Positions 59,402 through 64,000 of a stretch of 64,000 nt of DNA are shown here, piece by piece (within the stretch, counting starts at the first letter, position 1; the number at the start of each line of letters is the position of its first letter). Source of the stretch: Nitrospira sp. GTDB lineage: Bacteria; Nitrospirota; Nitrospiria; Nitrospirales; Nitrospiraceae. The stretch covers positions 1,824,001 to 1,888,000 of the forward strand of contig AP038806.1 of assembly GCA_047150005.1 (NCBI GenBank). Reading direction: 5' to 3'. The notes beneath the pieces are model-generated. The model was not told the origin of the DNA. It made no database searches and saw nothing but the letters and a program-made list of their open reading frames with translations. A program made the position numbers and the translations under genes.

Positions 59402-60462
59402 GATTGGGCCAACCGTGCCGCGGTGGCGGCGGCACCGATGAGACCGGTCCGATCGTTGAGCACGATGTAGACGGGAATGGTACTCATCAGACGCTTGTAG
59501 CGTCCTTTGTTCGAAAAGGCGCGCATGAAGGTGCCATCGGTAAGCTTCGGCAGGAGTTTGGGTGCGATGCCGCCTCCAACATAGACGCCGTTGAGCGCCA
59601 TGGCTTTCAACGCCAGGTTTCCCGCTTCGGCGCCGAATATCGACGCAAACATGTCCAGGGTCTGCTTGGCGATCTCCGCCTGTCCCTTCAAGCCGGCGGC
59701 GGCGATTTCCGCGGCGGGGTCGCCGGCCGCGATCTTCTCCGCCAGCCAAGTCGGCTCGTTTCTTTTGGTATCACGCAGATACTCATAGATCGTATGGATA
59801 CCCGGGCCGGATACCACGCGCTCGTAACTCACGTGCAGATAGTGACTTCGCACGTGCCGCAGCAATTCGATTTCGTTGTCGTTATTGGGTGCGAAATCGG
59901 CGTGGCCTCCCTCCGAGGGCATGGGCCGGTACCGGGTTCCGTCCCAGAAGAGAATGGATTCTCCCAGCCCAGTTCCTGCTGCGATCAGAGCGATCGCTTG
60001 ACGGTGGGTGGGAGGGATTCCGGCATTGAGGGTGTGGAGCTCTTCCGGGCGAAGGAGCAGAATGCCATGGGCGGTTGCCTCCAGGTCGTTCAGCAGCCGG
60101 ACGACGGGAATGTCGAAACGTTTGGCCAGTGCTCCTCCATCCAAGACCCAGGGGAGATTGGTCGTGCTGCTGTGGTTCTGAATCACGGGCCCGGCGACCC
60201 CGAAGCAGGCGGCGGCGATACGAGCCGGTTCAGGGAGGGGCGACGGCACGGGTTGCTCACCAGAGGCGGCTGAGGGAGCCTCGGTCTCGTGATGTGCCGT
60301 TGACGGGGTGCGGGGGATGAGGAATTCTTCGAGAATCTCTTCCAGGGATGCGTATTCCTTGCTCGGGAAGGATTCAGTGCGAATCGGTTCGGTACGTTCT
60401 GCCTTCCACTCGAAGAGAGCCAGATGTGTCTTGGTTCCTCCGATATCCCCAGCAAGGATCAT
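59398..60462 (-). CDS. glk: Glucokinase
   Basis: DIGGTKT, LLNDLEA, GTGLG, SEGGH, GGGIAPK. Confidence 0.95.
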   Translation of the reverse strand: MILAGDIGGTKTHLALFEWKAERTEPIRTESFPSKEYASLEEILEEFLIPRTPSTAHHETEAPSAASGEQPVPSPLPEPARIAAACFGVAGPVIQNHSSTTNLPWVLDGGALAKRFDIPVVRLLNDLEATAHGILLLRPEELHTLNAGIPPTHRQAIALIAAGTGLGESILFWDGTRYRPMPSEGGHADFAPNNDNEIELLRHVRSHYLHVSYERVVSGPGIHTIYEYLRDTKRNEPTWLAEKIAAGDPAAEIAAAGLKGQAEIAKQTLDMFASIFGAEAGNLALKAMALNGVYVGGGIAPKLLPKLTDGTFMRAFSNKGRYKRLMSTIPVYIVLNDRTGLIGAAATAARLAQS

Positions 60463-60486
60463 GACGGCCTCTTCAAGCGGGTTTGT

Positions 60487-61239
60487 TCAGCTTCTACGGG
60501 TTGTCAATTCGGATGCGGCCGCTTGGTCCAACATCCAGACCAGACGCCCCTGATCCGGTGTCACCAGAGCGGCCGGCAGTGCGCGATCGGCGGCGTTCTG
60601 CGGTTCCAAGATCCGGCGAACGATCGTGGCCTTCGTCGAGCCGGTGACCAGAAACAGTACCACATTCGCCCGGTTGATCACACCCAGGGTCAGGGTCAGT
60701 CGCAAGGGAACACCCTTTGGAGATTGGCCGACGGCCACAAGCCGATGGGGCTCATGCAGCGCAGCGGTGCCCGGAAACAGCGAGGCTGTATGACCGTCGT
60801 CTCCCAGACCTAACAGCACGAGGTCGAGCTGTGGAATCTCCGGCGCAGTGCAGCCGGTGAGAGTCCGGATTGAACGTTCGTACTCATCAGCGGCGGAGTG
60901 AGCGTCCGGATTCTCGCCTTCCATTCGGTATACCTGCTCGGGATCGATGCCCAACGGGGCAAAGAACGAGGTCCGAGCCATTCCATAATTGCTGTCCGGA
61001 TCGTCGGGACCCACGCACCGCTCGTCACCGAACAGAAAGACGGTGCGGTGCCATTCCATCTGCTGCGCCCCGGTCGATTGGGCCAATGTCTGATAGAGGC
61101 GTTGAGGTGTTGACCCGCCTGACAGCGTGAGGAGGAAGCGGCCGCGGAGTCGGATGACTTGTCGGCCGTGGTCACACAGCAACTCCGCCGTGTCGTTCGC
61201 CCACCGGGCTTCTCGGCTGATCCGTATGTCGGATGGCAT
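60487..61239 (-). CDS. pgl: 6-phosphogluconolactonase
   Basis: LSGGSTP, GDERCV, DSNY, LGLGDDGHTASLFPG. Confidence 0.95.
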   Translation of the reverse strand: MPSDIRISREARWANDTAELLCDHGRQVIRLRGRFLLTLSGGSTPQRLYQTLAQSTGAQQMEWHRTVFLFGDERCVGPDDPDSNYGMARTSFFAPLGIDPEQVYRMEGENPDAHSAADEYERSIRTLTGCTAPEIPQLDLVLLGLGDDGHTASLFPGTAALHEPHRLVAVGQSPKGVPLRLTLTLGVINRANVVLFLVTGSTKATIVRRILEPQNAADRALPAALVTPDQGRLVWMLDQAAASELTTRRS

Positions 61240-61389
61240 AGTCACGGCACCCCTTACGAGTGGAACGTGCCTGTGACTGCTGACGGAACGATCCCGCGTG
61301 TCGGCGTCACGGCAAGTGGATGGGACTGCGGCGATATCTTTCCAGGTATTTTATGGAGCGAAAAACGGAAAGGCAACGCTACTGATCGG

Positions 61390-62151
61390 TCAGCGTTGAC
61401 GCGTGCGGCGGATGATTGTGGGCATGTCGTTCGTCAGGGACCAGGCGAGGGATTGCGCCTCGCTTTCAGACAGAGTGAGTTCGATGGAGGGAGGCGGTTG
61501 TACATCGGTGCCGGAGGAGAGGGCACGAACCCTGGTATCCAGCCAGTGCCACCAGCGTTTCATGCGAAGAAGTGTCCAACGAACCGGCGCCTGCTCTGCG
61601 GGAGCCACGACCGCCAGCATCAGCGGAGGAGAAAACACCAGTTCATAAGAACCCGGCATGTCCGCCAGAGAAATCGGATCCTGCTCCGCCCCCGACGAGT
61701 CTACTTTGCGCCGGACCACGGCCGGTCGCCCGGTGAGACGAAAGGTACCCGTCATCCTGTCCTGAAATTCCGCGAACCACTCGATGATCCGGAGGCGGTG
61801 GAGCTCCACCCCGCGTGCTTTGAGCACGACAGTCTTGGCCGCGAGATCGATCAGAAGGTACGTCTGCGGGCGGGCAGCCAGTTTGACTTCCTCGGCCAAC
61901 ACTCGTGTTGCTTCGTGCAGCGCGACCGGATTATTGATGTTGACGTCGAGCGGGTTGTCGAACTCGGCGGCCCCTGCAACCTGCACCGTCATGATCCACA
62001 ACGAAAGCGAGAGGAACACGATCGTGTTCCCGCAGGTGCGCAGAGGCGTGTGCGCCCTTCGGACCGGTGGCCGCCGCAGACGTCGCACCGGACCGGTGTA
62101 CGAGGTTGGTTTCGGGCAGGGAACGGATGGGAAGGCCGGGTGGTTCTGCAC
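61390..62151 (-). CDS. Exported hypothetical protein resembling an L,D-transpeptidase without catalytic His/Cys (start uncertain)
   Basis: Third gene of the operon; 'YLLIDLAAKTVVLK' and C-terminal 'SIELTLSESEAQSL...MPTII' parallel YkuD elements. Confidence 0.55.
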   Translation of the reverse strand: MQNHPAFPSVPCPKPTSYTGPVRRLRRPPVRRAHTPLRTCGNTIVFLSLSLWIMTVQVAGAAEFDNPLDVNINNPVALHEATRVLAEEVKLAARPQTYLLIDLAAKTVVLKARGVELHRLRIIEWFAEFQDRMTGTFRLTGRPAVVRRKVDSSGAEQDPISLADMPGSYELVFSPPLMLAVVAPAEQAPVRWTLLRMKRWWHWLDTRVRALSSGTDVQPPPSIELTLSESEAQSLAWSLTNDMPTIIRRTRQR

Positions 62152-62155
62152 TCGG

Positions 62156-62788
62156 CTAGAAGATCATGATGGGCGTGCCGACGCGCGCAAGTTGATAGAC
62201 GCTCTTCAAATCGTCGTCGTTCAGTCGGATGCAGCCGTGCGTGACGTTCTTTCCCAGGAGTCTCGGATAGAGCGTGCCGTGGATGAAGTAGCCTTTTCCG
62301 AATCCCAGCGCATATTCGCCAAGCACGCCCGGTTCCATCCGATCGGCCTGACTGACGGGAACGGCCAGGCCTTCTTCGACGAAGGCCCAATCAGGTTTGA
62401 CCCAGACGGGATTCACCAGCTTGGATTGAACATAAAATTCGCCCCGTGGCGTATCGAAGATCCATTGGCCGGCGGCTTCGCCGGGCTTGTCGAGTATCGT
62501 TCCGCTTCCTGTCGAGGCAAGGGCGTCCAACATGACCCGGTCGCGGCGTTTGATGAACAAATGGTTTCTCGCGGTGTCGACGACGATGTACGGACGGTTC
62601 GGAACCAACTGCGCAAGTTGTCTTGTCAAAGACTTGTAACGGGTCTGCAGGGCGAGCAGGGCGGCCGGATCGCTGACGGTCGGGGACTCGTCGGGCTGGC
62701 CGGGCTCGATCCGCGGGGTACTTTGAGCCAGACTCAACAGGAGAAAGGCGACCGCACTTGAGGCGAGGAGCAAGCGACCTTGCTTCAT
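62156..62788 (-). CDS. L,D-transpeptidase (YkuD family)
   Basis: IVVDTARN, FDTPRG, PVWVKPDW, YFIHGT...VTHGCIRL. Confidence 0.92.
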   Translation of the reverse strand: MKQGRLLLASSAVAFLLLSLAQSTPRIEPGQPDESPTVSDPAALLALQTRYKSLTRQLAQLVPNRPYIVVDTARNHLFIKRRDRVMLDALASTGSGTILDKPGEAAGQWIFDTPRGEFYVQSKLVNPVWVKPDWAFVEEGLAVPVSQADRMEPGVLGEYALGFGKGYFIHGTLYPRLLGKNVTHGCIRLNDDDLKSVYQLARVGTPIMIF

Positions 62789-62798
62789 GGGATGCGAA

Positions 62799-63947
62799 CT
62801 ATATTTCACTCGCATGATTGCGGAGATCGGCCAAGACGAGGGCCACGGAGTTTTGTTCGTCCAGCGCCCCGACGATGGTCACCGGGGTGCCCTTTTCAAC
62901 CCGGTTGAAGAGCCAAGCCATTTGCGGATTTTCAAGCATGACGCAGCCCAGAGATGGCGCCATCAGCTGGCGTTCCGTGCCATGAATCTCAATCTGACTG
63001 CCGATACCGCGCGAATTGGGAATGTGCCCGGTCTTGCGGTCCAGAAGAAATCGCTGCCGGTCCTCGGCATTGGGATAGTCCAGCACCAGCGCCCGGAAGA
63101 ACTGCGTTTGCCCCTGTCCGCGTTTGGTCGTCACGTGGTACCGCCCTTCCGGGGTGGCGCCGTCGCCTTGGTAGCGCTTTTCGCGGATGCCGTTGAAGCC
63201 GAGCCGGACCGAGTATGACAGCACTGGCTGCCCATTTCTATACAGGATGAGACGGCGGTCCGCCTTGCTGACGATGATTGCGGCGGTGTGGTGTGATCGC
63301 GACCACTCCACGGTTTCCTTGACCATCTGCTGCCAACGGGCGATGCGTTCGCGGTTGGCGTAGCGTCCGAGTTCGCTATTCAACAGCGAGGCTTGCGTCG
63401 CCAGTCTTTGGGCGGCCTGTTCTGAAGCCGCGAGCGAGTGGCCGTACTCCTCCAGCTGATAAAACGACCGGGCTTGCTTGAGCAGCAATTCTGTTTCCAC
63501 AGGGTTCCGACCGAGGACCAACCGACTGTCGATCGTGCCGACTTGCCGTGCAAGCGTGCGCGAACGGTCTTCGGCACGCACGAGCTGCTGCTCCGCAGTG
63601 CGGCGGAGCGATTCGCGCTGTTCGGTCAGTCTGCTCACCGTCTGGACACCCTCTTCATGCAAAGCGCGAAGCGCGGATTCCAAATCATTGGATTCCCAAG
63701 GCCACCGAATCGTGTCGTCCTCCGCTTCGACGCGAGCCTTGAGAATGATCCATTGTTGAGCGAAGCGCGCATAGTCATGCGGGGCGATCTCCGAGGCGCG
63801 CAATCGGACCAGATCGCGGTCGACGGATGCGACCGCCTGCACGACCTCCTCCGGCACGGCCTTCACACAACCCGTCAGGAGGCAAGACAGGGTCAGCATC
63901 GTCATGCTCCACCCGAGCGGCTTGGTTGTGCGAGAATCTGTCACCAC
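62799..63947 (-). CDS. Lipoprotein L,D-transpeptidase with N-terminal coiled coil
   Basis: LTGC lipobox; GDGATPEGRY, LDYPNAED, IEIHG...SLGCV. Confidence 0.9.
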   Translation of the reverse strand: MVTDSRTTKPLGWSMTMLTLSCLLTGCVKAVPEEVVQAVASVDRDLVRLRASEIAPHDYARFAQQWIILKARVEAEDDTIRWPWESNDLESALRALHEEGVQTVSRLTEQRESLRRTAEQQLVRAEDRSRTLARQVGTIDSRLVLGRNPVETELLLKQARSFYQLEEYGHSLAASEQAAQRLATQASLLNSELGRYANRERIARWQQMVKETVEWSRSHHTAAIIVSKADRRLILYRNGQPVLSYSVRLGFNGIREKRYQGDGATPEGRYHVTTKRGQGQTQFFRALVLDYPNAEDRQRFLLDRKTGHIPNSRGIGSQIEIHGTERQLMAPSLGCVMLENPQMAWLFNRVEKGTPVTIVGALDEQNSVALVLADLRNHASEI

Positions 63948-64000
63948 GACGATATCCCCTATTTCTTCCTGGCGCGAATCGGTTTGGCCTTTCCGATCTT

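Overview
A GC-rich bacterial chromosome segment that is mostly housekeeping. Gene content, gene order and intergenic palindromes suggest a Nitrospira-like organism, but this is inference only. It carries an envelope/osmotic cluster (mscS, DUF481 porin-like, mscL, OmpA/MotB coiled-coil); tRNA-Ser, SRP RNA, dnaX-ybaB-recR and dksA; tRNA-Val, trmFO-xerC-argB and rimO; an OmpR-type two-component system with a DegP/HtrA protease; gcvP and gcvT; a Tat-exported PvdN-like PLP enzyme; arfB and fabI; tRNA-Gly; a MoxR-DUF58-transglutaminase operon; tesA/ybbA/ybbP; pgl-glk-rpiA-M1 aminopeptidase; and an L,D-transpeptidase triplet. Accessory DNA is limited to a complete IS5-family element (18-bp perfect IRs, CTAG target duplication), MITE/REP-like palindromes, and a lower-GC islet with a toxin-antitoxin pair and an Mrr nuclease bounded by attC-like sites, with no integron integrase in the window. 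The most interesting uncharacterised signals are: (1) a sigma54-driven secreted 75-aa peptide built of three KK-GGH repeats; (2) two near-identical sigma54 promoters linking it to the DUF481-mscL-OmpA operon; (3) an integron-cassette remnant; (4) an L,D-transpeptidase operon with an apparently catalytically dead third member; (5) an M1 aminopeptidase with a Tat-like leader plus a second internal start. No database searches were run; product calls rest on motif recognition and gene context.
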